Shown: positions 23,819 to 35,203 of the stretch, piece by piece | Position numbering within the stretch: position 1 is the first letter of the stretch | How the letters are laid out: every line of letters starts with the position of its first letter | Assembly: GCF_035594765.1 (NCBI RefSeq) | Contig: NC_085843.1 | Coordinates: 268,933,971-268,997,970 of the forward strand | Reading direction: 5' to 3' | Origin: Anolis carolinensis | Lineage: Eukaryota | DNA: 64,000 nucleotides | Program-made: the position numbers and the translations under genes | Notes under the pieces: model-generated | What the model was told of the DNA's origin: nothing | Database searches by the model: none | Seen by the model: the letters and a program-made list of their open reading frames with translations, nothing else

Positions 23819-26800
23819 CATGCCAAATATTGTACAGTGGCTGTTGTTGCTGTTGTTGTCTGCCTACAAGTCATTCTTGACCTATGGCGACCCCCATGAT
23901 GAAGCAATCATAGGGTTTTCTAGGGCAGAGAGTGTGTGATTTGCTGGGTCAGCAGCTACTCATTTCCCTTTCCTGTGGCATTTCCCTTAACTATACTCCA
24001 AGATGCTCATGTAGAAGAGGAGGAACTGGTCTCCACAGGAAGAGAGAGTGAGCTGAAAGGCTCTTGTGCTCTGACTATTATTTCATAAGCTCATTTGGAT
24101 ATCAGCTGTGGTACTCTCTTCATTTATAATAAGTGGGAAATACCAGCTGAATGCCATTATGATCAGCACGCTGGGAGTATGCACGGCTCCTTAAAATGTA
24201 TAATTGGACTTATCTCTGCCCCAAGGGACCAACAATAAAAAAAACTGGGAAATTACAAAGGAAGGGAAGACAGGTGACAGAAGGGGAAAACAAAGGAAGA
24301 ATCTGCATTTCTTTTAATTAGACAAAACAATTGCCATGAGGTGGGCCATACACTTCTGTGGTCCTTGGAATCTTTCCCAATTGTGTCTATGTGTAGCACA
24401 TGTAGGTGCAAAGGAAGAAGGAAAAGAACCCTAGAAGCTCTCATGAATTGTTCTTCTGCAAGTCATGATGTCCTGTCTTCCTTTAATGAAAAACAAGAAA
24501 AGAACAAAAAACAGACCACTTCTTGTTTTAATAAAGACTAATTGAGAAAATTGTTGGGATACAACATTAATGGTTCATGGGGAAGACTGATTTCCAAGCC
24601 TATTAAAATTGTCTGTCCTTATAAGTGCTTTTAGAAGATGTTTCCAGTATGTCTGTTGGCATGCACAAGATAGGATGGCATCCCCTGGATGACTTTAAAT
24701 GACAGTTGAAATATTGCCTCATGGGACCAGAAGAAATTGACAGGAACAAGAGTATAGATGCTAAGGCCACACTGGGCAGAGTTATAGCAAAAGGATCCAG
24801 GCTGAAGTCAGCTCTTGGCACGGAGGAAGGAAAAAGACCAAATTTTTTCTATTTGATGCCTACTGTCCACATTTAGAATTCTGGAAAGTGATTGGCTATG
24901 CCAAAGGTGAGGAATTTTTGGCCATCCAGGGTTTTTTTTTGGATGTCAGCTCTCTGAATTTCTAGTAATTATAGCCAATGATAAGGGACTGTGGGAGTTG
25001 TAGTACCAAATATCAAAAATATTTTTGTATTTTGAACTCAGTTTGCAGCAACTGAAGTAAGCTGTGGATGAAGGAGGGAAATGGAAAGGGATAAGAGAAA
25101 CCGGGATGTTTTGAAGAAAGTGGGATGGCAGAGGATTAACTGGGGTTATTTCGACCAAATCAGGACAGTTGGGAGATTTGTTTCACTGTCCAAGACTTTA
25201 AAATACTCATTCATTGACTGCAGATACCAGTATTCCTTAGTATGGAACCATGGCAGTGAAAGTGGAATCATAGTAATGTTTAATGTATAATACATGTAAT
25301 GTAATGTAATGTATAATGCAAAAGGCCCCCTGGGTTATATGCACCAGAGTCACAGATAGCAGCTTTTGAGATCATTTAACTGCAATTTGAAAATGTTTGC
25401 TTACTTTCCTTCTTAATTTTCTTTCTCCAGGTATGTCATGTTACATATATGATAGCTCCCAGAATTCCCAGCTAGCATAGACACTGACGGAAATTATAGT
25501 CCAAAAAAGCTGATTTTTCAAAGCTCTGGATTTTTTGTTGTTAGTCTTTGCTAGAGCAGACCCATTGAATCAATGGGATATATCAATGTATTGACTCCCC
25601 ATTCAACAATTAATTGAATGTATCTACTTAAATTGGGACTAACCAAGAGAACGCCAACTTATGACCTTTAAAAATATGTCACTGTGATTGGAAAGGGAAC
25701 AAAACAGTTATTTTCCTCCCATTAAAAATTTTATACACCATGAAAGAACTATTTTGCTCCCATTCCAATGATGGTGACATAATGTTAAAAGTTTGTGAAG
25801 TTACATAGCTAAGGTAACATCTTGCAAAATTTTCCTGAGCTACTATCCCAATGCCTTTGTCTTAGTAAAAGACAGGAAAATTCATTTTGGGTTCTCTTGG
25901 ATGAACCCAGGTTGATTTCCCCCCCTCCAACTCCTTTTCCCTTTATAAAACAACACAGATCTAATGCATCCCTGATGCCTTGAGGCTAGACATATCTGCC
26001 AGAAATCCAATTATTTTGCATCTAAGTCAATTTGTGTATGTGACAAGAATACAGTACTAGCTTACTGGACTATTAAATATTCTCAGAGGCAGAGAAGTTC
26101 TGCTGGAGATAATATTTTTTAATGACCCGAGCTTCTAGCAAGAGGACCTAACGTGGCACCATGACATTTCTTTGAATTAGGATTAGATTTGCCCAATTTG
26201 GCATAATTGTAGTTTTAGAAAATCAAAATCAAATAGTCCTGTGAAACAGCTGGTTGGTAATGGATATATGACAATTTACATCTCCTTCCCGCACTGCCTC
26301 AGCTCTCAAGTAACCTAGCAATATCTTCGCTGGTATGACATTGTTCTTGATAATATGTTTCAGGAACAAACAAACACAGCTGAATACTTGGGGCTTTCGT
26401 AGGACTGCCTACAACATTCTATTTATAACTTCAAAAATATTCTTTGATTCCTTGAAGCACGTGGGACATCAGACACATCTTTCTCACATCAACACTGATC
26501 CAGAAGTTACTGTTTATTTAGTCTTGGAGAAATTGCAGTATTGTCTTCATAATACTTTAAAATCTCACAAGATTCCTATGCACATGGAGATTAACCTTCT
26601 GTTAGTGAGATGTACAAACCTAAGTCCAACATATGACTATGTACAATGCGTCTTCTTTATAGTTGCATTCTCTTGCTTCCACCACTTTGAGGAAAGCACC
26701 CCCTACCCACTGAGCTCACTCTTTTGCTATGATATTTCCTCTCCATGGCCATTCAGTGGCTGGTGAAGAACCAAGAGCATCAGAGATGCTTCTGGCAATG

Positions 26801-27214
26801 TCTTCTTACCAAACTGAAAGACAATTACATCCTCTGCTGAGACTTCCAGAAGACCCCCATGGATCTCAATGGATGATGCTATGAGCAGGATTTGAACCTT
26901 GGTTTCTTTAGTCCAACACACAAATCGCAATAGCTAATTGAGATACACTCTACAATATAGGATTTTAGCTAGCAACCACAACTTGTCAAAGTCATTTTGC
27001 AAGTGAACATGATGGAACAAGAATGACAAACTTTGTCTTCTATCATGGTTGTTGTGCACCTTCAAGTAATTTCTGAACTCATGGAGATACTAAGGTGACC
27101 CTTTCAAAAGGTTTTCTATAACAACACAATGGAAACCATACCACCCTTCATGTAGTCTGGCTGTGCTATTAGGAAGAGTGAGGTTAACATCTCAGATGGC
27201 AGATCTCAGGTGTC

Positions 27215-28085
27215 TCTATGGAATCTTAGTAGATCACAAGCTGAACATGAGTCAACAATGTGATGTGGCAGCTAAAATAACCAATGCAATTCTAGGCTTT
27301 TTTTCATGTCAGGAGAGACTTGAAAAACCAGAAGTCTCTTCTGGTGTGAGAGAATTGGCCGTCTGCAAGGACGTTTCCCAGGGGATGCTCTGATGTTTTG
27401 ATGTTTTGACCATCCTTGTGGGAAGCTTCTCTCATGTCCCCGCATGGAGTTGGAGCCGACAGAGGGAACTCATCCGTGCTCTCCCCGGGTTGAATCTGAA
27501 CCGGCAACCTTCAGGTCAGCAACCCAACCTTCAAGTCATCAGTCCTGCCAGCACAAGGGTTTAACCCATTGTGCCACTTGGGGCTCCATTCTAGGCTGTA
27601 TCAACAGGAGTTTAGTGTTTAGATTGGGAAAATAATAGTACTATTCTATTCCGCTTTGGTTAGACCTTACCTGGAATACTGTGTCCAATTCAAGAAGGAA
27701 CATGACCAGAGAAGGGTGACCAAAATTATCAAGCCCTGTGAGGAATGGTTTGGGGAACTGTGTATATATAACCTGAAGACGAATAGGTCAAGAAGGGACA
27801 ATATAGCCATGTTTAAATATGTGAAAGGATACTGAAGACGAACCAGGTTTGTTTTCTATTGCTCTAGAAACTAGGACAGAGCAGTAGATCCAAACCAGAA
27901 GAGATTCTACCTGAATATTAGGAAAGAATTTGTGATGGTGACAACTATTTGGCTATGGAATCCATTGCCTTGGATTGTGGTGGAGTCTCCTTCTTTGAAG
28001 GCTGTTAAACTGAAACTGGATGTCCATGTGTTGGAAGTGTTTTGATTGTGTATTTCTTCATGGCAGGGGATTGGACATGTTGGTG
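27215..28085 (+). mobile_element. Decayed CR1 LINE 3' fragment (interrupted by a SINE)
   Basis: GILVDHKLNMSQQCDVAAK..NAILG / CINRS typical of CR1 ORF2. Confidence 0.85.
27299..27587 (-). mobile_element. Anolis SINE2-type (Vingi-tailed) SINE nested in CR1
   Basis: Head GGAGCCCC..GTGGCACAATGGGTTAAA, tail ..CTCCTGACATGAAAAAA; 10-bp TSD ATTCTAGGCT. Confidence 0.82.
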
Positions 28086-29194
28086 GACAGAGTGGACACC
28101 TTAAAGTGCCAGAGTTATATCACTTACCCTGCTTTGCTAGTGCTCTCTACATCTCAATATCTGCCACCTGAAATGGCTGCTTCTCGGTGTCTAATGATAC
28201 ACTCAGCCCTACTAGCAGTTCTTGAAAATGGGACCCTGAGAACTGAGCCCAAGTGCTGTTTATATCCCAGATGTCCATGGGAGATGCTGCCAAAAGGTTA
28301 AGCAGAAGGTGAAACAAAAGATTGGGTTACATCTCTTTTGTAATTTTGTAGCTCCAGCCTCCCTTTCGCTTTCCAAGAATGTGTTGCTGTTATAAATAAC
28401 AAAAACTCAAGAATGATCAAAAAGGGAGAAATGGCTGTGGAGACTATAAAAATATATCGGGATGTTTTTCCTTGCGGGTATGAAAGCAAATCAAGATGAA
28501 AGAAGAAAAGGAACAATCAACACTTCAAACTTGCAATAATCTTAAAATTTTAAAACATAGCCCCCCGTGGAGAAGATACAATATCTTGAATCATTTTGTA
28601 TATTGCTTTAGATTATAGTGCGGTCATGTTGTTTGTACCAAAGCCATTTCTGAATGGAAAACTACCAAGGTCAGTCTGGTTAGAATATATGTGTTTCATA
28701 AACATAAGGGATGTGATATAGCTCCAGAGCAGACCACATCCTCTGCATATAGATGATCCCAGGTTCTGTCTCCAAAATCTCCAAGTATATCAGCAAAGGA
28801 TTGTGTTTGAAACCCACAGGGAGCTGTTTCCAATTCTTGTAGATGGTATTCAGAATTCAATTTATGTTTCTCATTAAATTGTAAGAAAAAACGCAACCCA
28901 TACTGATAAGAACCCTGTAAAAGTAACTTATTGAATTGGCCACTGCCTTGAATTGCTTTTAAAGAGAGAACCTTGGGATTGAAGGACGCAATAAGACTTG
29001 AAAAATTCTTGTTTGTGTGACTCTGAAATTGCCTTAAAAAGTAATTTTTAAAAAATGATTAGAAAACACGGCTTGTGGCACCAGGTAGGTGATTTCATTC
29101 CCACTTGTTGTGCTAGTTTTCAGATGTAATTGTGTTATACCCATGTTACCCCACTTCTCACAAAAGTAACTGGCTGGTGGCTCTCATATCATTG

Positions 29195-29300
29195 AGATGG
29201 TGAATTTGGTTTGAGCTTTAACATCAACTTTAAAGGACTAGTGCTGAGCCTACATTTGGGGAAACAGGACTCAGCACCTGTGATAGGACCTTTAAAGTCT
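29195..29300. repeat. Fold-back element with RE1-like motif (left motif partly deleted)
   Basis: CTTTAAAGG..GTGCTGAG / CTCAGCACCTGTGATAGGACCTTTAAAG inverted arrangement; left arm GTGAATTTGGTTTGAGCTTTAAC resembles the other copies. Confidence 0.45.
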
Positions 29301-29411
29301 GCTTAGAGGAAAGATCTGTTTTTGTAAACACAAATTCAGCTGAAACGTTTTATGGTATTGCATTTCCAATTAATGTTTCACATATTGATTAAATGCATTA
29401 AAAATGATCTT

Positions 29412-29634
29412 GTGGTGTAGTGCATTGAATGTTGGACTGCAGTTCTAGAGACCAGAGTACAAAGCCCTGCTCAGCCATAGAAATGCACTCAGTGAACTTG
29501 AGCAAGTCATATTCTCTTAATCTCAGAAGAAAGCAAAAGCTTCTGAACAAATCTTGCCAAGAAAGCTTCATGATAGGCTTGCCTTAGGGTTGCCATAAAT
29601 TGGAAACAAAAACAAAAAAAAGGCACACAACAAC
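29412..29634 (+). mobile_element. Older tRNA-derived squamate SINE with (CAA)n tail
   Basis: TGGTGTAGTG..GTTGGACT..TTGAGCAAGTCA..AAATCTTGCCAAGAAA..TTAGGGTTGCCATAA..AAGGCACACAACAAC; related copies at ~18235-18375(+), 20560-20765(-), 23850-23950(-), 50935-51115(-), 54158-54357(-), 60545-60700(+). Confidence 0.65.
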
Positions 29635-29898
29635 ACTTCACAATTAATATTTCACATACTGTTTCAATACATCAAAAACTCAAAAGCCTCTTTTCAAGGG
29701 CTTGGCTTGGAACATTTTGTCTGTGTGCTACCATTGAACTGTAAAGGACAATTGCTGGGAATAAACAGACTCACGTGGAAAGCACAGACCAATTTATACC
29801 CTTGGCTAAATACAACCAAGGAAAGCAGGACTCAGTGACATCTGTTTTACACTTCATTACTTCTTTCTTCTGTTTTCAGGTACTGAACTAGCCCAGTA

Positions 29899-30559
29899 CA
29901 GCCAGTCTCCAAGTTACGGACAAGATTTAGGTTTGGTCTTAAGTTGAATTTGCTTGTAAGTCAGAACAGGCACATTATTTAATTGCAACTCCATCCAAAT
30001 GCATATATTTCTTTGCTTTGAACAGCATAGGGAAGGGTTAACACCCTTGTGTTGTTTGTTTTGCTATTTGTGCCCCTGTTCAGAAGATTTCACCTCACTT
30101 TCTGTCCCTATGATAATAGGGTTTTGAAAATTTTGGTTTGTTGTGGAAACAATTATTTTTTTATCATGTCAGAAGTGACTTGAGAACATACTCCAAGTCG
30201 CTTCTGGTGTGAGAGAATTGGCTGTCTACAGAGACATTGCCCAGGGGACACCCAGATGTGTTACCATCCTGCTGGGAGGCTTCTCTCATGTCCCTGCAAG
30301 CTAGAGCTGACAGAAGGGATTGGAACTGGCAACCTTCAGGTCAGCAACCTAACCTTCAGGTCAGCAGTCCAGCCGGCACACTGTGGCTCACACGGATTGG
30401 TGATAAAGCTTCAGTTGATACACCTTTCCCCCATGATAACTTTTTCAGGAGTGAATTTCTCTTCTAAGGGATAGATTTTTCTGACTTCCTGTTGTCTCAA
30501 CCCCATTCTTAACTATGAGTCATTTGCAAGTCAGATGTTTGTAACTTGGGGACTGCCTG
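29899..30559. mobile_element. Tc1/mariner (Tigger-like) non-autonomous element with nested SINE
   Basis: TIR CAGCCAGTCTCCAAGTTAC / GTAACTTGGGGACTGCCTG, TA TSD. Confidence 0.8.
30153..30385 (-). mobile_element. Same SINE family, nested in a mariner-type MITE
   Basis: Similarity to 27299-27587. Confidence 0.75.
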
Positions 30560-30726
30560 TATACTGTTTCTAGAGGTGTAAATGTCTTCATCCTCCCTTT
30601 TTTTTGTTTCTTACATCTGGTATTTGGAAAATTATGATCACTGTGCATGGTAGTTCCACTGAACTATCAAAGCTATTATTGACACAACAACATTGTATGA
30701 CACAGCAAACAAGATAGATATGCTGG

Positions 30727-30727
<1 letters not shown>

Positions 30728-30772
<45 letters not shown>
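30728..30772. repeat. (TTA)n microsatellite adjoining an L2-like 3' end
   Basis: Direct reading. Confidence 0.95.
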
Positions 30773-30773
<1 letters not shown>

Positions 30774-31128
30774 ATTACTTTATTTCTATCCCACCTTTCT
30801 CTCCACAGGGACTCAAGGCAGATAACCATCATATGGCACAACCTAATAAAAGTTTAAAATAAGACAACGCTAATACAGATAGAAACATCCTTTCTCTCTC
30901 AAAACTCCCATTATCCTCCCTTTGGTCTACCAACGTGTTATCAATGGAGAATGGACCAAAATACAGTTTGTATTGCATTACTAGGCCAATTGCATGAACT
31001 CAGAACATAAGTGGGTTTTTGCTGGATCAGGTTAAATAAGATCTGGCATATCTAATACAGCTTTCTGCTTATGGAAGCCCAAATCTTGGTTAGTCTTAAC
31101 TAATCAAGTCCACTGAATCAACTGATGA

Positions 31129-31137
<9 letters not shown>

Positions 31138-31164
<27 letters not shown>
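31138..31164. repeat. (TG)n microsatellite
   Basis: Direct reading. Confidence 0.95.
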
Positions 31165-31586
31165 ACACAAATTTCACTGATTCAGTGTGTTTGCTTCAGT
31201 TAAGACAAATATTTAGGATCCATACTACAGTGTCCAACCAACTGCCTTGAGGAAGCCCTATAGCAGGATATGCAACATCTCTACTTTCTCCTTTGCATCA
31301 CTGGTGCATAAACACATGGAATTTCTGATAGTGGAAGTGATGTGCAGTCATTCAGAGTAGAAGCTGAAGCTAGCCCTAATCTTCTTTTGAACTGTCCATG
31401 CAGACTGCCATTAGTGGATGAGACTTGGGAATGCATTTACACTATCAAATTAATGCAGTCGGACACCACCTTAACTATCCCTTTGGAAGAGAAGGCTAAA
31501 GACCTTGTAAAACTACAGCTTCCATGATTTGATAACATTGGGCCATTTGACAGTGGAAAAGGCTGGGGATTGCAGGATGCATCTTT

Positions 31587-31738
31587 GGGCCCTTTCAGAC
31601 AGGCCCTATATCCCAGGATCTGACCCCAGGTTTTCTGTTTACCCCAAATTATCTGGCAGTGGGGACTCATATAATCCAGTTTAAAGCTGAAAATCTGGGA
31701 TCGGATCCTGGAATATAGGGCCTGTCAGGAAGGGCCCC
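31587..31738. mobile_element. Harbinger-like palindromic MITE
   Basis: GGGCCCTTTCAGACAGGCCCTATAT / ATATAGGGCCTGTCAGGAAGGGCCC long inverted termini. Confidence 0.65.
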
Positions 31739-31830
31739 TAGTTATGTTATTGATATTTAATGTATATAGAGGTACATTAAATGAAGGCCAAAACATGCTT
31801 TTAGAACCTCATGTAGCCATCTCCCTAGAT

Positions 31831-31965
31831 CAGTGGTTCTCCACCTGTGGATCCCCAGGTGTTTTGGCCTTCAACTCCCAGAAATCCTAACAGCTGGTAA
31901 ACTGGCTGGGATTTCTGGGAGTTGTAGGCCAAAACACCTGGAGACCCACAAGTTGAGAACCACTT
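31831..31965. mobile_element. hAT fold-back MITE
   Basis: CAGTGGTTCTCCACCTGTGG / CCACAAGTTGAGAACCACT, TSD C(C/T)(C/T)TAGAT. Confidence 0.8.
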
Positions 31966-32500
31966 CTTTAGATCCTATTTTTTCCTTGAGCTTGACATTT
32001 TATATGAAATATTTCATAAATTATGAAGCCCCCAGAAGTTTCCTTTAATATAGAGCTCTTGTGGAGATGTTTGTTGACAAATGCAGCTTCATAACAGTGC
32101 AAGATTATATTGATCTCATCACTTCCGTCATTACATAATACTTATTTAATTTGCTAAATGACTACAGTGAGTCAGAAAAGAGATACAGAATACTTACATA
32201 ATTAGACTCAGTTCAGTTTGGAAGTGACCACGGGGTCCAATTTATTTATTACATTTCTTGGGTCATTGCTATTTAATTGGGACTCTAATAACATCTCTCA
32301 AAAAGCACTTTAAATATCAGCATCATTGTTAATGGCAAATGCCAAAATTGTTTTAATGGGGAGAATGTACCAGCAACGTCTGACATGTAGATGAACCAGT
32401 GTTTGCTGTTGTGTTGCCTTCAAATCATTTCCCAATTATGGCAACTTTAAGGCAAACCAGCCATTCGTTTAGATAACCTGCAAAGATTAATCAAGTAAGC

Positions 32501-32718
32501 GGGTGTATCTACGTTGTAAAATTAATACAGTTTGAGACCACTTTAACTGCCGTAGCTCAATACTGTGGAATTATGGGAATTGTACATGTCCATTATCTTT
32601 AACTTTCTTTGTCAAATAGAACTGGCGCCTTGCCAAACTACAAATCTCAGGATTCCATAGCATTGATCCAAGTAGTTAAAGTGGTGTCAAACTGCATTTA
32701 TTCTACACTGTAGATGCC
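32501..32718. mobile_element. Harbinger-like MITE
   Basis: GGGTGTATCTAC..CAGTTTGAGACCACTTT / AAAGTGGTGTCAAACTG..GTAGATGCCC; related copies at ~33945-34142 and 39142-39312. Confidence 0.6.
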
Positions 32719-32767
32719 CTCAAGGAAGGAAGCAGTGAACACCGTGTAAATATGAATGTTAAGAATA

Positions 32768-33090
32768 CAGCAGAGTCTCACTTATCCAACATAAACGGGC
32801 CGGCAGAACGTTGGATAAGCGAATATGTTGGATAATAAGGAGGGATTAAGGAAAAGCCTATTACACATCAAATTAGGTTATGATTTTACAAATTAAGCAC
32901 CAAAACATCATGTTTAACAACAAATTTGACAGAAAAAGTAGTTCAATATGCAGTAATGCTATGTAGTAATTACTGTATTTACGAATTTAGCACCAAAATA
33001 TCACAATGTATTGAAAACATTGACTACAAAAATGCGTTGGATAATCCAGAATGTTGGATAAGCGAGTGTTGGATAAGTGAGACTCTACTG
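32768..33090. mobile_element. Tc1/mariner MITE, same family
   Basis: Same TIRs, TA TSD; near-identical to 7222-7544. Confidence 0.9.
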
Positions 33091-33583
33091 TAGTAAGTTC
33101 ACTGTTAAAAAGCAAACAGCTCAATAAATGTGGTTAAAGATCCAATATGAATTCAGCCAGCAAACAGAAATAATGGCTGAATGAGCGGGATCATTGCTTG
33201 CAATAAAAGTAAGCACAGAAATGGCTTCAAGCAGCTACTTTTTACATAAACAATAAAAGATTTAAATTGAACTTGATAATATGCATTTTATCAATACTAT
33301 CTATGTATTCCTGGCTCTGCTGTATTCAACGCAGCTGTGAACTTTAACATAAGCTTACAAAGGTGGATTTATCATAGGATGCTACAAATTACGTAGATTG
33401 AGAGAATAACCAAAGAAGGGGCATTGAGAATGAATAAAGAACTTATAGAAAAATGAAATGTTTCGGTGATATAATGTGAAATGTAGGGGGGCAGGCAGAG
33501 CATTACAGCTGATTTACAGTGGAGAAAAGGTGCAAGAAGGATAAAGATTGGGATTCAATATAGTATCATTATATTATATAGAA

Positions 33584-33761
33584 TAGGCATGGGCAAACTT
33601 TGGCTCTACAAGTCCCACCATTCCTAACAGCTTCAGGCCCCTTCCTTTTCCCCCTCAGCCGCTTAAGCGGCTGAGGGGGAAAAGGAAAGGGCCTGAAGCT
33701 GTTAGGAATGGTGGGAGTTGGAGTCCAAAACACATGTAGAGCCAAAGTTTGCCTATGCTTG
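33584..33761. mobile_element. hAT fold-back MITE
   Basis: TAGGCATGGGCAAACTT / AAGTTTGCCTATGCTTG termini, 8-bp TSD ATATAGA(A/G). Confidence 0.8.
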
Positions 33762-34190
33762 ATATAGAGGAAGGAGGAGATGTTTTTCCTCTGCCTTTTC
33801 ACTGAGAAATCGAGCCCCAGCAAGCACATAATATCTATTTTTAAAAGATTAAAACCAGATTAGGGAATTTTAAATCCTTTAAATCATGACATTAATAATA
33901 ATGTTCAAATAAACAACATTCTGTTTAAAAAGAGAGTTTGAAACTGATGCCACTACGCTGGCAAATTAATGCATTTTGAAGCCATTTTAACTGCCGTGGC
34001 TGGGATTTGTAGCTTGTGGAAACACCAGCACGTTTTTGGCAGAGAAAGCTAACGACCTTGTAAAACTACAACTCTTGAGGTTTCCATAGCATTGAGCCAT
34101 GGCAGTGTTAAACTGCATTAATCAAACACTGTAGATGCACCCTAAGTCTTTGCATGAGATAATATATTATGGGAAATAAAAAACAGTTCT

Positions 34191-34408
34191 GGGTTGCTGT
34201 GAGTTTTCCAAGCTGTATGGCCATGTTCCAGAAGCATTCTCTCCTGATGTTTCACCCAAATCTATGGCAGTAATCCTCAGAGGATGTGGGCAAAACATCA
34301 GGAGATTTGGGAAAAACATCAGATGAGAATGCTTCTGGAACATGGCCATACAACCTGGAAAACTCACAGCAACCTAGTGATTCTGACCATGAAAGCCTTT
34401 GACAACAC
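34191..34408 (+). mobile_element. Older palindromic Penelope-like insertion
   Basis: GGGTTGCTGTGAGTTTTCC...GGAAAACTCACAGCAACC + tail CCATGAAAGCCTTTGACAACAC; AAAA(C/T)AGTTCTG duplication. Confidence 0.85.
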
Positions 34409-34710
34409 AAAATAGTTCTGAATACAGTAGACACATGATATCCAATGTGGTTTGAATCCAGAACCCCTGTGGATACCAAAATCAGTGGATGTTGAATCCC
34501 ATTATGTACAATGGTGTGATAAAATTGTTCTTTAGGCATACAGAGAGTTGGCTATATTTTAAAAAAATACACTTACATATAGAACCCAGATTTCCCCAGT
34601 CAGCATGGTTAATGGACATTGTTTGGGAGGTTCTTGAAGATTTTTCCAAAAAGCAAACTTTTAGACAAGTTCTGAATACAACATACTGTATATCTTTTGG
34701 AAAGACTCAC

Positions 34711-35014
34711 CGGACAAGATTGAGGCCACAGCAGCAATGATGAAGGATACGATGACACCAGGTCCCGCCATCTCCTTCGCAACCAGCCCAGAAACGACAT
34801 ACATTCCCGTACCAACACAGCTTCCAACACCGAGTGAAACAAGATCCACAGTTGTGAGCACTTGTGCCAGTTTTGTTCCATGGGAGGTGGTGGTGCCTGT
34901 CCCCTCGAGCATGGACTCCACTGGCTTGGTGCGGAGGATTCGGGAATGGACGGCATACCAGGTGGCACCCCACTGGATCCGCCGTGGGTCCAGGTATTGA
35001 AGGATGCCACTCAT
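34711..35014 (-). CDS. SLC7A14: SLC7A14 coding exon 1 (MSGILQYLDPRR...AAVASILS-G)
   Basis: ATG at 35014; TM1 motif GVGSCVGTGMY; donor G|GTGAGT at 34711/34710; 304 nt, phase 1. Confidence 0.97.
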
Positions 35015-35091
35015 TGTGATGTCAAAAGATGGAAACCAAGGCCAACCAAAATAGCAACGTTGTTAGTTCTAGTAATGAAGCTCAACAGCAT
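35011..35091 (-). other. uORF, 26 aa (MLLSFITRTNNVAILVGLGFHLLTSQ*), stop overlapping the main ATG
   Basis: ATG at 35091, 27 codons ending ...CAA TGA where ATGA contains the SLC7A14 start; a second mini-uORF MWL* lies at 35140-35129. Confidence 0.55.
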
Positions 35092-35203
35092 TAATGTTTA
35101 ACAGATGAGTAGTCCACTTCCAAGAAGGTCAAAGCCACATCCTTCAGAAGGCGAAACAAAGTTTTCACGACTCTTCTGGGGTTCACTTTCTTCTTGTAAG
35201 TTC
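35015..35203 (-). other. SLC7A14: Probable 5'UTR portion of the first coding exon
   Basis: Pyrimidine tract plus AG (CCTTCCCTCTCTAATAG|GAAC) at 35205/35204; the acceptor is inferred without transcript data. Confidence 0.6.

Larger units (their letters stand above)
3373..35203 (-). other. SLC7A14: SLC7A14 gene body from the first coding exon to the stop codon; upstream non-coding exon(s) probably lie beyond 64000
   Basis: Seven GT-AG exons with coding lengths 304+237+218+147+209+878+320=2313 nt form one 770-aa APC/CAT-family ORF (MSGILQYLDPRR...NDELDYSPE) that I recognise as SLC7A14. Confidence 0.97.

Noticed and set aside
34737-35101. Antisense ORFs over SLC7A14 exons (also 4884-5087, 5227-5445, 15795-16196, 17035-17313)
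   Set aside because: Expected shadows of coding sequence on the opposite strand
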